A stretch of 64,000 nt of DNA from Rhynchopus sp. YZ270_cl-10 (GCA_964035575.1 OZ037846.1:1612001-1676000); one strand, 5' to 3'; positions 48,013 through 61,513 are shown, numbered from the stretch's first letter. A program made the numbers and translations. The notes: a model not told the origin generated them from the sequence alone.

Positions 48013-49608
48013 GCGACGAGGATGTGGCTATGGATGCGGGTGTGGCTGCTGCGTCTGCCGCCCAAACGTTTTGTTTTGTTTTGTTTTGTTTTATGATGAC
48101 ATGCTTGAAGCTTTGAAGGAAGGAAAAATTGAAACCGCACCCTACTTTTCCTTTTTATGTTTTTCCCCCACCCCCGAAAACAATAAAGCAATAAAAACAA
48201 TAAAGACAAAAGGGAGAGGTTGTGGTGAAACGCACACACCTCGACCTGTCGGTGAAATGTGGCTCTACTCCAACCCGCCCCGGATTAGAAAAATGGAAAA
48301 AAAAAAGGATGGGAGTAGGGAGCGGTGTTCAATTTCCTTTTAGCATTGCATGTAATCATAAAGTAAAAGTTCAAGCAGAAACTCTTCACCAATGCCCCCT
48401 TCATCTCATCCAAACGTCGAGTGGATGCGTTGTAATTTTTTTGATTAGTTTTCGTTCAGATTTTGATTTTGTTCTCCGGCTTTCTCTACCCTTTTTTCCC
48501 CGTCGAAAAACGCCAAAAATCACCTAGAGCGAACACACTGGCGTGGAGCAACCTGCCTTGCCTAGTTGTGCCAGCTGAGGTTTAATCGACTGATGATGCA
48601 GCTTTTGTGGCATTTGCACTAGTCAACAATAGCTACTTTATGATTTTAGATTCTTTTTCTTTAAGTACATTACTTCGTTGATTCGCAAAATGTAGATATT
48701 TACACACAAAAAATGTATTTTTTTTATGTCTGTTGCGTTGTGAAATGTGTTTAATTTGCATTGGCGGGAAACTTCCACAAAGAAAAATTGTGAAAAATGT
48801 TACACCCCTTTTTTGGCGATTATCAGCACTCTGGGGTTCGCTAACGCACAGAGTGTCGGTGTCTGTCCCAATGCATGAGGAAGCATTTCTGTTGTGTTTT
48901 GTTCTGTTTTATTTGTGTCGTCTCAACTTCAATTTTTTCCTTCTTGTCCCCGTTCCCAGCCCAGGAGTCACACCATAGCACACGTAGCATATGTGAGGTG
49001 ACTGTTTAACTAGTTCGTTCTTCTTTTTGTTTTGTTTTGTTTTCTTGTGTTGTGTTGTGTTGTTATCATTGCCTTGCGCCACTGAAGTCGTAGGTTCATT
49101 GGCAACGTCACTTTTCTTATTTTATTGTGCGACGTTTTTTTATTTTTTTTTATTTGCAATTTACACATCTATGATCAAACCCAAGTTAGCGGAACGCTGT
49201 ACACGAACTGAATCCTCCAGGTTTGAAAAAAAAATGATAGATCGATCAACAAACAACAAACGAATAAATAAAGAAGGGGGTGTTTCATTTTGTCATGTAA
49301 GCGCCTTTGCACTGTCTACGGTATACGCCATATGCATGCCACCACAGCACGGTGCCATGCGTCGTGTCTACACAAAGGGGAAGGGAAAGGGTGTCGAGGA
49401 TGTTGTGCCTCGACGATGCTGCTCTTTGTGGACCTTATGTCTGCTACGTAAGGCACCACCAGGTTATTGTGGTGTGTGTGTGGCAGGGTTGCGTGCTTGC
49501 TGTCTTCCTGAATTGCAAGTAGACTATTACGAGACGTATGCTCTTTTTATTGTACAGTATTCCACTACACAGGTTGGGGGTATTAGGGAGGTTGTGGGGG
49601 CGGTTTTA

Positions 49609-52600
49609 ATGCTGCTGAGTGTGGCTGTGGCATGTACCTGTTACGCTGCGCTGACACCGTGCACTGCCAGCGCGTCGGAGTGCCTCTACCAGCTGACGCT
49701 CACAGACCACCAGAAGTGTGTCGGGTTCTCGCCTGACGGTGTGTACGTTGCCACCGGTGGGAAGGACCACTTGGTGACTGTGTTCAGCACCGTGGACGGG
49801 ACGGTGGTCACACAGCTTACCCTGACTGCTGATGTGTTTGCGTTGGAGTTTTCGCCAGACGGCACGATGCTGGCTGCAGGAGGTGCTGGGGACACGGTGC
49901 ATGTGTACGACACAGCGACGTGGGTTGCCCTCCGCTCATTCGTGCTGTCGGACCAGGTGCTTGGCCTCTCCTTTGCGGGCGACAGCAGACGACTCGCGGT
50001 TGCGTGCAAGAGTGGTGTTGTTGCTGTGTACGATGCAACAGCAGGCGGTGCCGCTGTGCTCACGTTCACCGGACACACCGATGACGTGAGGGACGTTGCG
50101 TTCTCGCCGGACGGAACGCAGGTCATCAGCGGTGGGAAGGAGAACAAGGCGATTGTGTGGGCAGCAGCCACAGGTGTCGTTGCCTTCTTCGTGTTGGGTG
50201 CGACAGCAGTTAATGGTGTCGACTGGTCAGGTGGCCTCCTCGCGACGGGCAACCAGGACGGCTCATCCACTCTGTGGGATGCAGCCACCGGCGCGTCTCT
50301 GTACACCTTTGTGACTACAAACGAGATTGAGGCTGTCGCGTTCTCACCCTCAGGTGCGCAGCTCGCAAGTGTCGGCAAGGACCACACACTCTTCCTGCTG
50401 AACACAGCGACGTACGCAGGGGAGGGTGCATACTCGGGGCACACAGGCCATATCAAGGCTGTCGCATACTCGCATGACGGCACACGTATTGCCACAGCCG
50501 CTGACGACAGCACAGTGCGTGTGTGGGAGGGAATCGCAGCAACACCTGCACCCCTAACTCCGTCACCACCGACACCTGCACCACCAACACAAGCACCACC
50601 GACACCTGCACCGCCAACACCTGCACCTCCGACACCTGCGCCAGCAACACCAGCTCCACCAACACCTGCACCACCGACACCTGCACCACCGACACCAGCT
50701 CCACCGACACCTGCACCACCAACACCTGCACCGCCAACACCTGCACCTCCGACACCAGCACCGCCAACACCAGCTCCACCGACACCTTCACCACCAACAC
50801 CTGCACCACCAACACCAGCTCCACCGACACCAGCTCCACCAACACCTGCACCCCTAACACCAGCATCATCAACACCTGCACCTCCGACACCTGCACCTGC
50901 AACACCTGCACCACCGACACCAGCTCCACCGACACCGTCACCACTTACGCCATCACCACAGACCTCTGCACCAGCTACACCAGCACCACCAACATCATCA
51001 CCACTTACGTCACCTCCACAAACACCTTCCCCGCCAACACCAGCTCCACTGACACCTGCGCCTGCGACACCGTCACCACCGACTCCAGCACCCGCAACAT
51101 CAGTTCCACCATCCCCTGAACAGCCAACATTATCACCCCCAACACCTGCACCAGTTACACCATCACCACCGACCCCTTCCCCACCAACACCAGCACCTGA
51201 TTCACCTGTTCCGCCAACAACTGCGCCTGCGACACCTTCACCACCGACCCCTGCACCACTGACGCCACCTCCGCAGACACTGGTCCCTGCAACATCTTCC
51301 CCTGCAACACCAGCACCTGATTCACCTGCTCCATCTACACCTACGCCGTTAACACCTTTGCCTTCAACTCCGCCACCACCCACACCGTCACCCCCAACCC
51401 CAGTACCACTGACATCTGCACCACTCTCCCCGGCTCCGCAGACACCTGCGCCAACACCGTCACCACTAACACCTTGGCCTCTGTCTCCTGCACCACAAAC
51501 GTTGTCTCCACTAACACCTGCAACACGTGTGCCTGTGTCTCCGACTGTTGCGCCTACCACACTGCCAGCTACCCGTTCACCCACGGCCACTGCACTTCCA
51601 GCATTGCCACCGACACCACCAACAGTGGCACCTGAGGGAAGCGAGACACCTACGCATGCAAGCGACAGCCCTGTGGACGTCGTGACGCTTGCGCAGAACG
51701 AGTCGCTCGAAGCAGACGTGACGACACGAAGCATTGTGACACAGAGTGTGTCCGACGCTGGCGCCGCGACACTCCTGAGTGCGAGCGCAGCAGGCCTTGC
51801 AGGCAGCCTGCTGGTGACGACGCAGGAGTGCAAGATCTACGGCGACCGCAGCCACTACCCGCTTGCGCTGCACCCCACACAGATCAGCGTTGCAGGGTCC
51901 GAGGCGGCGGGTATGGTTGTCGGGAACCTGGGCTCCTGCCTGGCCTTCCTGGTCCTGCACTTTGTGGCATGCAAGCTGGCATCCCTGCTGCAGACCTGTG
52001 CACTGCGGACGGTCTTTCGCAGTCGGGGTGACGTTCCCTTTGTGGAAGACGTGCAGGGCTTCATGCGGTTCCCTGGTGGGCCTGCGCTGCTGTTCCAGGT
52101 TCTGTACCAAGGTGCTGCAGTGGGGTCGTTGCAGCTGGCGTACTCACCGCCGACTGTTATGTTGAACTATTTGGGTGTATGCGCGCTGATCGTGTGTGTA
52201 GCCGTGCCTGTGTACCTGTTTAGAACGTGGGTGCTGGAGAGTGCCGTCTTCGGCACCACAGTGAAGGACCCCCGCACTGCAGGCTTCGGGAAGTGGAAGC
52301 GCCGTGTGCTGCACTTCATGCTCGGCCCCAGCGAGTGGGTGTCCCTCACCAAAACCCGCATGTGGACGCTGCGCTACTCGGCCGTGATCCGCTCCTACCG
52401 CCTTGGCTGTCTCTGGTACCACTTCCTGCAGTACGCATCGATGTTCGCTGTCGCTGCGATCCAGGCCTTCACCCCCACAAGCTACATCGCGTGTGGACAC
52501 ATCAAACTCGCGTCCTTCTGCGTCATCTTCATTATGCTTGTTGTGCTGGTCGAGGCGAAGCCGTACGCACGCGCGAGGGATGTGGTCATGGACGGCACGG

Positions 52601-53184
52601 TTATGACATTCCAGTGCGTGGCGCTGATCTTCATGGCTGTGGGGTACTACAGGGAGAAGCCGCAGGACCTGCTGTTCCAGGGTGCAACGGTGCTGCTTCT
52701 GTTTGGTGTTGTGTGTCTTTTGGTGAAGGTTGCTGTTGGGTTTGTCTGTGAGGTGTATGTCATGGTTGTGTGCAGGCGGGATCGGCTCCAGCGCCGTTAC
52801 TTTGCGAACGCCGAGAACACTTTGGACGACAGCGTACAGCAGGAGCTTGAGGTACACGACGTGGAGAGCACTGTACGGGGTACGGGGCGCAGGCGGAACA
52901 CACTGTACAGGCAGGAGAGTCTGCTCGCGCTCACACCCATCAACACATCCAGCCCCCTCGACGCACCTCTCTTCAGTAACCTTCTGACCCCGCAAGACTC
53001 ACGCGAGTTCTCACCCATGCTACAGCAGCTGCCCTCCAGCGACTTGTCTCTGGTAGGGCTGCCTCCCTTGGCGCTCACACCTCAGGTGTCGAAGAGAAGT
53101 GGCAGACCCTTCGTTGAGTCGCCCCACCCACGCATACGACGACGTTCCTCGACATTCTCACAGGAGTGCAATTTTATTTGTTAG
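49609..53184 (+). CDS. Putative surface protein: signal peptide, 7-bladed WD40 propeller, (PTPAP)n mucin-like stalk, ~7-8 TM C-terminal domain
   Basis: [22 protein letters not shown] leader; seven WD repeats (AFSPDG, GHT..V..VAFS, VRVWE); [10 protein letters not shown] repeats; hydrophobic helices. The ATG at 49609 follows a CAG acceptor at 49572. Confidence 0.85.
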   Translation: MLLSVAVACTCYAALTPCTASASECLYQLTLTDHQKCVGFSPDGVYVATGGKDHLVTVFSTVDGTVVTQLTLTADVFALEFSPDGTMLAAGGAGDTVHVYDTATWVALRSFVLSDQVLGLSFAGDSRRLAVACKSGVVAVYDATAGGAAVLTFTGHTDDVRDVAFSPDGTQVISGGKENKAIVWAAATGVVAFFVLGATAVNGVDWSGGLLATGNQDGSSTLWDAATGASLYTFVTTNEIEAVAFSPSGAQLASVGKDHTLFLLNTATYAGEGAYSGHTGHIKAVAYSHDGTRIATAADDSTVRVWEGIAATPAPLTPSPPTPAPPTQAPPTPAPPTPAPPTPAPATPAPPTPAPPTPAPPTPAPPTPAPPTPAPPTPAPPTPAPPTPAPPTPSPPTPAPPTPAPPTPAPPTPAPLTPASSTPAPPTPAPATPAPPTPAPPTPSPLTPSPQTSAPATPAPPTSSPLTSPPQTPSPPTPAPLTPAPATPSPPTPAPATSVPPSPEQPTLSPPTPAPVTPSPPTPSPPTPAPDSPVPPTTAPATPSPPTPAPLTPPPQTLVPATSSPATPAPDSPAPSTPTPLTPLPSTPPPPTPSPPTPVPLTSAPLSPAPQTPAPTPSPLTPWPLSPAPQTLSPLTPATRVPVSPTVAPTTLPATRSPTATALPALPPTPPTVAPEGSETPTHASDSPVDVVTLAQNESLEADVTTRSIVTQSVSDAGAATLLSASAAGLAGSLLVTTQECKIYGDRSHYPLALHPTQISVAGSEAAGMVVGNLGSCLAFLVLHFVACKLASLLQTCALRTVFRSRGDVPFVEDVQGFMRFPGGPALLFQVLYQGAAVGSLQLAYSPPTVMLNYLGVCALIVCVAVPVYLFRTWVLESAVFGTTVKDPRTAGFGKWKRRVLHFMLGPSEWVSLTKTRMWTLRYSAVIRSYRLGCLWYHFLQYASMFAVAAIQAFTPTSYIACGHIKLASFCVIFIMLVVLVEAKPYARARDVVMDGTVMTFQCVALIFMAVGYYREKPQDLLFQGATVLLLFGVVCLLVKVAVGFVCEVYVMVVCRRDRLQRRYFANAENTLDDSVQQELEVHDVESTVRGTGRRRNTLYRQESLLALTPINTSSPLDAPLFSNLLTPQDSREFSPMLQQLPSSDLSLVGLPPLALTPQVSKRSGRPFVESPHPRIRRRSSTFSQECNFIC

Positions 53185-54084
53185 GGGCGTGGGTAGCGTA
53201 CCAACGAAACCAAAGACGAACGGAGTTTTTATTATTTTTAGGGGTTATCGGGCAGCTTTCTGATGATATGTGCATGGAAGCATACTCACTCTGTCTGCTT
53301 CTCCTTTCGGATTGGCAGCAAACTGGAATAACACATGTATTTCCAATGCCATCGTCCACCGGTGAACGGTGAGGCCGTTTGCACCTTCAACTTCTCTTTG
53401 TTTTGGTTCTTTTACGATTTGGAGGGACATTTGGTACTTAATACGGTTCAAATATTGTATACCATCAAGGGACTGGTCCCTTGGAAAACCCGTTTTTTTT
53501 AAAGGTTATTATTTCAGTACACAAAGAGATTTTTCAACTTCACTTATCGGTGTCGTATGTGAGTTACTGCTCATATGTCTTATGTCATTGCGCAGTAGTC
53601 TTATGTTAGGCACGCAGGACGCATAATGCCTTTTCGTCTTCTTTCACTTTCGGAGGGTGCGGCAGGTTCTTCCTCAGGGCTGTGCTTGCCTCGCTATCCC
53701 TCGCTATTTTCTGTTCTGTTTTTTTCCACCCGTGGTGACGTAAGCCCCGTAGCCTCTTACCAACCTTTTCTTAGGCTACGACTGTCGTCCAATTTCCGCG
53801 CACCCGCGTCACACCATGCTCATGCGCGAACACTGCGTCGTGCCAAAATTACGAACTCCGGCTGGGGAAATGACATCATTTCCTGACAACGCCCTTTGTT
53901 TGTACTCAACACTTAACAAAACCCCCTTTCGTCTCTGGGTTTCTTTTATCCAAACGTGGTGGATGTAATAATATTCCTTTCTTTGTGTGTTTTCAAGTCG
54001 TATTCAGGCTTGGCTTCACCCTTGCGAAATACTTCTTTTATTAATCCCCTGCTCGTCCCAAAGCGGCCCATGCAGTGCGTTCCG

Positions 54085-54204
54085 TCTCTTGTTTCTTGTT
54101 TCTTGTTTCTTGTTTCTTGTTTCTTGTATTGTTTGATGTGTATGCAAGGAGGTATGCTCGTCATGTAAATTTTCCTTATTTGTTTCTTGTTTCTTGTTTC
54201 TTGT
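54085..54204. repeat. (TTTCTTG)n short tandem repeats in two blocks
   Basis: 7-bp unit at about 54085-54128 and 54180-54204. Confidence 0.7.
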
Positions 54205-55639
54205 GTTGTTCTTATTGCGATTTTTTTTTTTCTGTCACAACCAGAAAACCCCGCTGCCAGGGTTTTTATTGCAAAAGTCATATTGTGAGCAGAGTGATCT
54301 CAGCTTAGTATAAAGAATGGCAAAAAACAATTTTTTTCTGTGAAAGAGAAAACCGACGCAGGAGCCTTTTATCGGAAACTGTTTTCTTCTCCGCTAACGC
54401 ACAAAAACACTTGACAGAAAAAACTTTTTCACACAACGCTTTTTTGCTGTTCTTTTTCCTTTTTTAACTCTCTGCTTTTTCATCTTTTAAATGACTTGCT
54501 TTGCCAAGGTGGCCAACACCCCGTTTTTCTTCTCGGAAAAAACAGCAAAAATTCTGGATTTATGTTCTCGTTTTTTTCCCTTTTTTAAAGTGATTGTTTG
54601 AACTACACTATTCTGGCAATTTTATCTTTGGGGAAGAAGGACCCCTCACTCCCCGGGAGTCCCCCTCCCCTGCTTCATTTGCTGGGGTCTTGGCTCTTGA
54701 GGGCACAGATGGTCCACATTTTTGATCTACACTTTCCAGCGTTCACTTTAATTGTAGGCAGGCCGCGAAGGCTGAGAGTCACCACCGCCAACATACATGA
54801 TGTTAACTTCTGCTGTTGGTCCAGTCAGAGGGACTGTGCATCAGGCTAGGGAGGTGGGTCAGAGGAAGGCATGTGTGTCTGCCTCCATAATTGTCGTTTT
54901 CTTTATTTTTGGTTCGTCGTGTTATTTTTGCACCATTTCGTCTTCAATCATACCAAACTTATTTTAGTGTCTCTTTTCGTTTGTAAAGGCGTAGGGCACT
55001 CATGCAACACTACACCCCTGACTTTTGACAGGGAAAGAAAGAAATACTACGTCTCATATTAGGGTATCTACGTTAGTAGGAGTTATTGCACACACGGTGG
55101 GATCGGAGTGGTCCGTGTGGGGGACCCCGCGAGGACCCGAGACTGCCGGTGGCTGCTGCGTTTGATTATTTAAATTTATTTTTTTCCAAAGGAAAGAGTG
55201 CATGTGTTGACCCTCTCAAATACTTTCAATTCTGTGAACTGAAAGTATATGAATCTAATATTTTGCTTCCTATAGGGGCCCACCCATTACCAAGTTTTCA
55301 AAAAAAAAAAAAAACACAAACATAAGCCTTTCCTGCACGTCGTGCAGCCTTTTCGTATGGCATACTATTCCTACCACTCCACTGGTGTGATTCAAGGGGT
55401 ATGGACAACCCACGGAAGAACCACGGGGGAACCACGGAGAATCCGCTTGGGTGATCACACCATACACACTCCCTCTCTTATGTCCCGCACAATTTTGAAA
55501 TCTTTTTTTTAATTCATGGTGTGGCTAAATGGGGAGGGGGCGCAAAAAGTGCGCAAGAAGTGTGGATCACCCCCCTTCAGCCGCACCAATACTTATTTAT
55601 TCTTTTTTGCTTTTACTGGGGGGGGGGGGGGGGGGGGTA

Positions 55640-56825
55640 GGTGGGGGCAAAACCTTCAGGACGGGTGAGGCATTTTGACTTTTTTGGACTTCCGCGCAAA
55701 GTACCCACAAACCACCCCTCATACCCACCCAGAAATGGGTCAGAAACACCCTGTGACCCGAAAATCCATGCTAAGGGCGACTCAGAATATGAAAAAATGC
55801 AAAAAAATAGTGAAAAAGTGGCCTTTTGACGGTTTTGGCCATGTTGGGTAAAATGGCCATTTTTGGACAAAAAAATCAAAAAAACAGCAAAATTTCGACG
55901 TCATGACAGCTGCTTGGGCACAAACCTACCCCAGGGAGGTCCTGTGAGTCCATTCCGACCTGTTTTGGACACTTTAGGTACTTTTTTTGGCCGTTTTTTG
56001 GTGTTTTTAGGTCAAAAAATACCCTGGACTTTACCCTGGACGTCCCTGGGCCGCGACTTGCGCCCTGCTTTCAGACCCACTCTGGGCCAAAAAATGGGTG
56101 AAAACCCCCGAAAAAGCACTCCGGGAACCCAGATAGTTCCAAATATCCACCAGAAACCCACCCAAACACCTCAAAAACATGCCAGAAAAATATTTTTAAA
56201 AACACACTTTTTCAAATAAGTCATTATGGAACCTGCCCAGATGAACTTTTTGAAAAAAGTGTGTTTTTGAAAATATTTTTCTGGCATGTTTTTGAGGTGT
56301 TTGGGTGGGTTTCTAGTGGATATTTGGAACTATCTGGGTTCCCGGAGTGCTTTTTCGGGGGTTTTCACCCATTTTTTGGCCCAGAGTGGGTCTGAAAGCA
56401 GGGCGCAAGTCGCGGCCCAGGGACGTCCAGGGTAAAGTCCAGGGTATTTTTTGACCTAAAAACACCAAAAAACGGCCAAAAAAAGTACCTAAAGTGTCCA
56501 AAACAGGTCGGAATGGACTCACAGGACCTCCCTGGGGTAGGTTTGTGCCCAAGCAGCTGTCATGACGTCGAAATTTTGCTGTTTTTTTGATTTTTTTGTC
56601 CAAAAATGGCCATTTTACCCAACATGGCCAAAACCGTCAAAAGGCCACTTTTTCACTATTTTTTTGCATTTTTTCATATTCTGAGTCGCCCTTAGCATGG
56701 ATTTTCGGGTCACAGGGTGTTTCTGACCCATTTCTGGGTGGGTATGAGGGGTGGTTTGTACGTACTTTGCGCGGAAGTCCAAAAAAGTCAAAATGCCTCA
56801 AAAAAATAGGGGTTTTGCCCCCACC
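55640..56825. mobile_element. Foldback element (TIR GGTGGGGGCAAAACC), copy B, near-perfect palindrome
   Basis: TA-flanked; arms of more than 500 bp that are near-identical, with a spacer at about 56213-56250. Confidence 0.88.
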
Positions 56826-56827
56826 TA

Positions 56828-58642
56828 GGGGGGGGGGGGGGGGGTCGAATAAACTGCCACTCACGCAGCCTACTGGTCATGGTTTGCACCATTTTTGGGG
56901 GTCAACAATTCACGACTTGAGTCGTAAATGGAACTGTCCGTGGACACATGGTTTTTATAAAAATTTTCCCCCGATTTCTTTCCCGATTTTTATTTCTTTG
57001 GAAAGATCGGTTACGAAAACGTTCAATTCCGGGGTCGCACGATTTTTTTTATGCCTCTGTGGCTGGTTAGGTGATTTTTGGCTGTGGTACCCCCTTTGGG
57101 AACATTTCTATGCAGTATCCTTAAGGACTTCCTTAAGAAAACCTCCTATTTGGGTAGCCATACAGTGGCGTCTCTAAATTGGATTTTTTTTGAAGAAAGT
57201 TTTCGATTTTTTTTTCTTTGGATTTATTTTTTACAAATCTTTCAATTCCGACCATTTTTTTATTCCGGAAACACACTCCACGGTACGCAACTTTTGGTGG
57301 AGCCGACCCCCCTTTTATGCACCGAAATCCCTATACGTTACTGTATAAAGACCCGTGGAGCCACTTTAAATTGACTTCTACTCCACGAAAGTGGTCGATT
57401 TTTTTTATGGTGAAAAGCGGGGAGCTCGGAAATTCACTGCCGCTGGTTTTCAGGGGGGAAAAATTACATGTCACACACCCACCTCACCGAGAGCCAAAAC
57501 AGAAATACGCTCGCCTTGATATTTTTTTTTGAAGAAAAAAATTTTTTTCTGGATTTTTATTTCTTTGGATCCGGCCGTTTCGAAACGTTCAATTGCGGGG
57601 TCGGACGATCAAAAATATGCATCTCACATTTCTGAGTGCAAAATATGAAAAAGTATACGGAGAACCATGGAATGTATGATATAGGTATCTGTATGTGGGA
57701 CCAAATCCCACAAAAAATCGAAAAAAAAAAAAAAACTATAGAATTTCGGGATTTTTTGCAATTTTTACCTTACCTTACAGGACTCTAAGAGGGGTCCCGA
57801 AGGGACTCCAGAGCAACGCGACCCCACCATGAAGAGCACGGTCGTCAAGAAGCCTAAAAAACGAGTCGGGATTCCGCAAAAAGGGGTTCTCTGAGTGACT
57901 CGTGGTGTAAAAAGCTAGATTTTTACACCGTACCATGAATTTTTTTCGCCTGCGGCGCCATTTTATATTATTTTTTTTGCTTCGCAAAAAAAAGTATTGT
58001 TCCCAGTGTCTTCCCTTGTCAACAGTGCTGAATTTTTGGGCAAAAAACAAGCTGATCCCGATCTTGAAATCTGGATTCCTGGATAAGACACTAGTTTTCC
58101 ACACACAAAAACAATGACCCTCACACAAAACTACCGTTTTGGTGGGTGCTAGCTATATAAAACCCTGCACACAACCACGCGAAAATCCAAAAAAGGGGGT
58201 TTCCCACATATTTCCCCCTTTACTGTACCCCCACCACCCCTATATACATTACTGATCCTGAGGTTTAAAAAAAAAAAAAAAAGTTCGAAAAGGCGAATAA
58301 AGCACGTACGTGCTTTATTCGCCTTTTTGAACTTTTTGGAAAGTTTTTCCAGTCACAATTTTTTTTCGATTTTTTTTTTTTCGCCCAAGAGGTGATTTTG
58401 CTGCATTTCCGAGCCAATCCCGGCTTGTGGTGGGGGATATACGGAAAAATGGACAAAATTTCAGCGACTTAAATTTTCACAAAATACGAACTACCTTGTC
58501 ACAACACAGGAAAAGTTCAAAAAGTCGAATAAAACACGTACGTGCTTTATTCGACGCAAAAAAAAGCAAATTTTCAAATGCGTGCTTTATTCGACGTACG
58601 TGCTTTATTCGAATTACCTCGTTTATTCGGCCCCCCCCCCCC
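56828..58642. mobile_element. TA-flanked element with G-run/C-run termini (Gn-TCGAATAAAC ... GTTTATTCGG-Cn)
   Basis: Inverted termini including homopolymer arms; CGAATAAA subterminal repeats at 58290-58630; composite interior. Confidence 0.55.
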
Positions 58643-58644
58643 TA

Positions 58645-60039
58645 GGGGGTCGCATTGTCTTCACAAAAAGTGAAATAAAAATTTTTTGCAACATAGAAAC
58701 TCGTTTCCCGTGGAAAACTAGACACATACCCACCCCAAAAATGTTCGGAGGATCCAAAGAAACCATTTTTTTACACTTTGGTGGGCTCAGAAATACCAAA
58801 AATGGGGAAAATTAGTGAAAAATGGACTTTTACCCCAAAATGGGCAAAAATGGTTTTTTAGCAAAAAAATTGATTTTTTTGGATCACCAGAGGTCTATTT
58901 TGGTGACTCTCTGGTGCAAATCGGGTCCCAGGGGTCCTGTGGACCTGATTTCAACGACCAACAGGCTTCTGTACCACTTGCAAATGATTTTTTTTGAGTT
59001 TTTGAGTCAAAAAAAGTGCCTCTGACCCCCTTGTCCACCCCCTTGTCCAGTCCAGGACTTTTCCCCTGGCCATCACATAAAGTAGGGTATGATGCAAATT
59101 TGGGTTCATACCCCCCCCCAAAATGGTCTGCGGACCCAACGGAACCGGTTTTTGACCCTTTGGAGGACTTTTTTGACCCTTTGGAGGACTTAGAAGCACT
59201 AGAAATGGGGAAAAGGAGTGAAAAATTGCCCTCCCCCCCCAGATGGGGGGGCAGGGGCGGTTTTGGGCTAAAAAATACCAAATTAGGGCCGCCAGAGTCC
59301 TCTTGGGGCCACTCTCCAGTGGAAATCGTACTCCTGGGGGTCCTGTGGGCCTGATTTCGACGGGCTGCACCCTTTTGGGCCCCTAGAACCGATCTTGGTT
59401 TGAAATATTGAGTCGAATATGACCCCCTGAACCCGTGCGTATGCGTGTAAAGCACCCCCCTCACCCCTCCCCCCTCACTGCCCACCTTCTCCTCCCCTGA
59501 CAGGCGTAACAAATAAAAAAACGACCTCCCACTCACAAAAAGCGTCTGAGGATGCTGCTGAGTTCGTGAGGAGGTTCGCGGATGCAGAGTGGATCAGGGG
59601 TGTGTGCATGCGTGTCCTGATGAAGTGCTTCAGCTGCGCATCGAAATGCACGACTGTGGGGGGAAGGCAGAAAATGCCAAATTAAGGCCGCCAGAGGCCT
59701 CTTGGGGTCACTCTCCGGTGTAAATCGTACTCCTGGGGGTCCTGTGGGCCTGATTACGACGGGCTGCACCCTTTTGGACCCTGCGAACCGATCTTGGTTT
59801 GAATTATTTAGTTAAATATGTCAAATTCCTCCAATCATGGGCTGTATACAGTACAAAATCATGAAAACACCAATAAAAAGGCATTTTTTTTCGTTTTTTC
59901 ACGTCTTTTGCCGCAAAACCCCTCAAGAACCCCCGGAAACCCATTTTTGGGGTGGCGCAGGGTGTGGGTCACCACTGAAATGGCCCACCGGCGAAAAAAT
60001 AATAAAAATTACATAAAAACGTTAGCCAATGCGACCCTC
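58645..60039. mobile_element. TA-flanked element, TIR GGGGGTCGCATTG
   Basis: TA|GGGGGTCGCATTG ... CAATGCGACCCTC|TA, with three internal diverged direct repeats near 58887, 59292 and 59691. Confidence 0.75.
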
Positions 60040-60377
60040 TAGCCCCCCCCCCCCAGTAACAGAAACTTGGATACCACACACCTTTCGAAGAGAATGCTAA
60101 GTTAACAGGACTAACTTACTTTGTACACTGGTCACTAAAGGGTTTGTATTCCAAGTCAACCTTTTTCCTCCCCCCATGAGTACCTCTCTCCTCAAAAGGG
60201 CGGCTTTTAGCGACAGACGTTGGATCGTCTGGTCGCAGGTTATCTTTTCTTTTCTGTGTTTCGTCGTGCTTCTCAGCTGCGTTCTGTTCTTTTGAATTGA
60301 AAGCACGTGAACCCAATTCTTTGTTAATTCTTAAACAGTGAGATGTACACAACGAAAGAGCCGTCTTGAAACCTCGG

Positions 60378-60476
60378 CGATCTTCATGCACACAAGACAT
60401 GTGTTCTGACACCTCCACCCACCCCCATTTCCACAGGATCTTACAATGTACACAATGCGCTGTCTGGAGGGTGTGC
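60378..60476 (+). pseudogene. 5' stub of a third adenylate cyclase paralogue
   Basis: Matches about 12544-12642, including the acceptor and ATG (60446) encoding MYTMRCLEGV; homology then stops. Confidence 0.8.
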
Positions 60477-60872
60477 CATAAGACCCACAGGGCCACATGG
60501 TTGGGGTCCACCCCCGCGGTACACCTGCATGGCCATTGTACCAAGAGTACACCTTTCACGAGAGGGTTTTGTATTTCAAGTCAACTCTGTTTTTTGAACG
60601 GTGTCTCCATCCCCAGCGACGTTTGCACTTCAACCTATCATGTCAGGTTAAGCTCGCGAGCTACCTTTTCAAGCGACGCTGCTTTGTGGTGTCTGTAGCA
60701 GCACACAAAGACCATCAAACCCAATCACGAAGACTCTCTTCTCGGGCTTCACATTGTGTGCGTGTGTGTGTGTTTTTTTTTTTTTGCGACACTGCAAAAA
60801 TGTACCATTTGACAGTGCAAGTACCGGTGCAACTAGTGGGGTACGTTCGTCACCTTTTTTGCTTCAATGATT

Positions 60873-61513
60873 CAGGGTATTAGGGTGGTTAAAAAAACTG
60901 GTTTTCAAAAAAAAAAAAAAAAACAGAGAAATCTGGTCCTGACTGGAGGGAAAAAAAAAACCGACACTTTTCACCAGGCCTTTCTGTAAATGTCGTCCCC
61001 AGATTAGGGCGGACTCGATTTTTTTCCCCGCATTTTTTTCCCGCCTGGTAGAACCGTGGTTGAACCACGGGAGTGCCTTTGGGAAATGGCTGTTCCTTGA
61101 TTTTTTTTTTGCCTGCGGCGCCATTTTTCATTTTTTGCTCCGCAAAAAAGGGTTCGTTGAGTGGCTCTGTGGTGTAAAAAGCTAGATTTTTACACCGTAC
61201 CCTCAAAATTTTTCGCCTGCGGCGCCATTTTGTATTATTTTTTTTGCTCCGCAAAAAACACAGTCCCAATGTTCCCAATGTCTACCCTGGTCAGCAGCGC
61301 CGAAATATATTTTGAGCAAAAAACAAGCTGACCTCCCCAATCTTGAAATCTGGATTCCTGGATAAGACACCCACCCCCGAACAACCCGAAAAAGGTGACT
61401 GTGTCCGTCAACGGTGGAGGTTTTCGCCGGAAACACTAGTTTTCGCCACCCAGGAGAGAAAACCAGAAAAACCAGTTTTTTCCGGAATTTTGGATTTTCA
61501 CCCTAATACCCTG
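60873..61513. mobile_element. hAT-like MITE, TIR CAGGGTATTAGGGTG
   Basis: CAGGGTATTAGGGTG ... CACCCTAATACCCTG. CTTCAATG occurs at 60862-60869 (3 nt from the end) and 61514-61521. A second copy is at 63265-63887 and a fragment at about 57870-58100. Confidence 0.7.

Noticed and set aside
44661..51833. Long minus-strand Gly/Val/Ala ORFs (673 and 715 aa)
   Set aside because: Antisense shadows of the PTPAP-coding genes.
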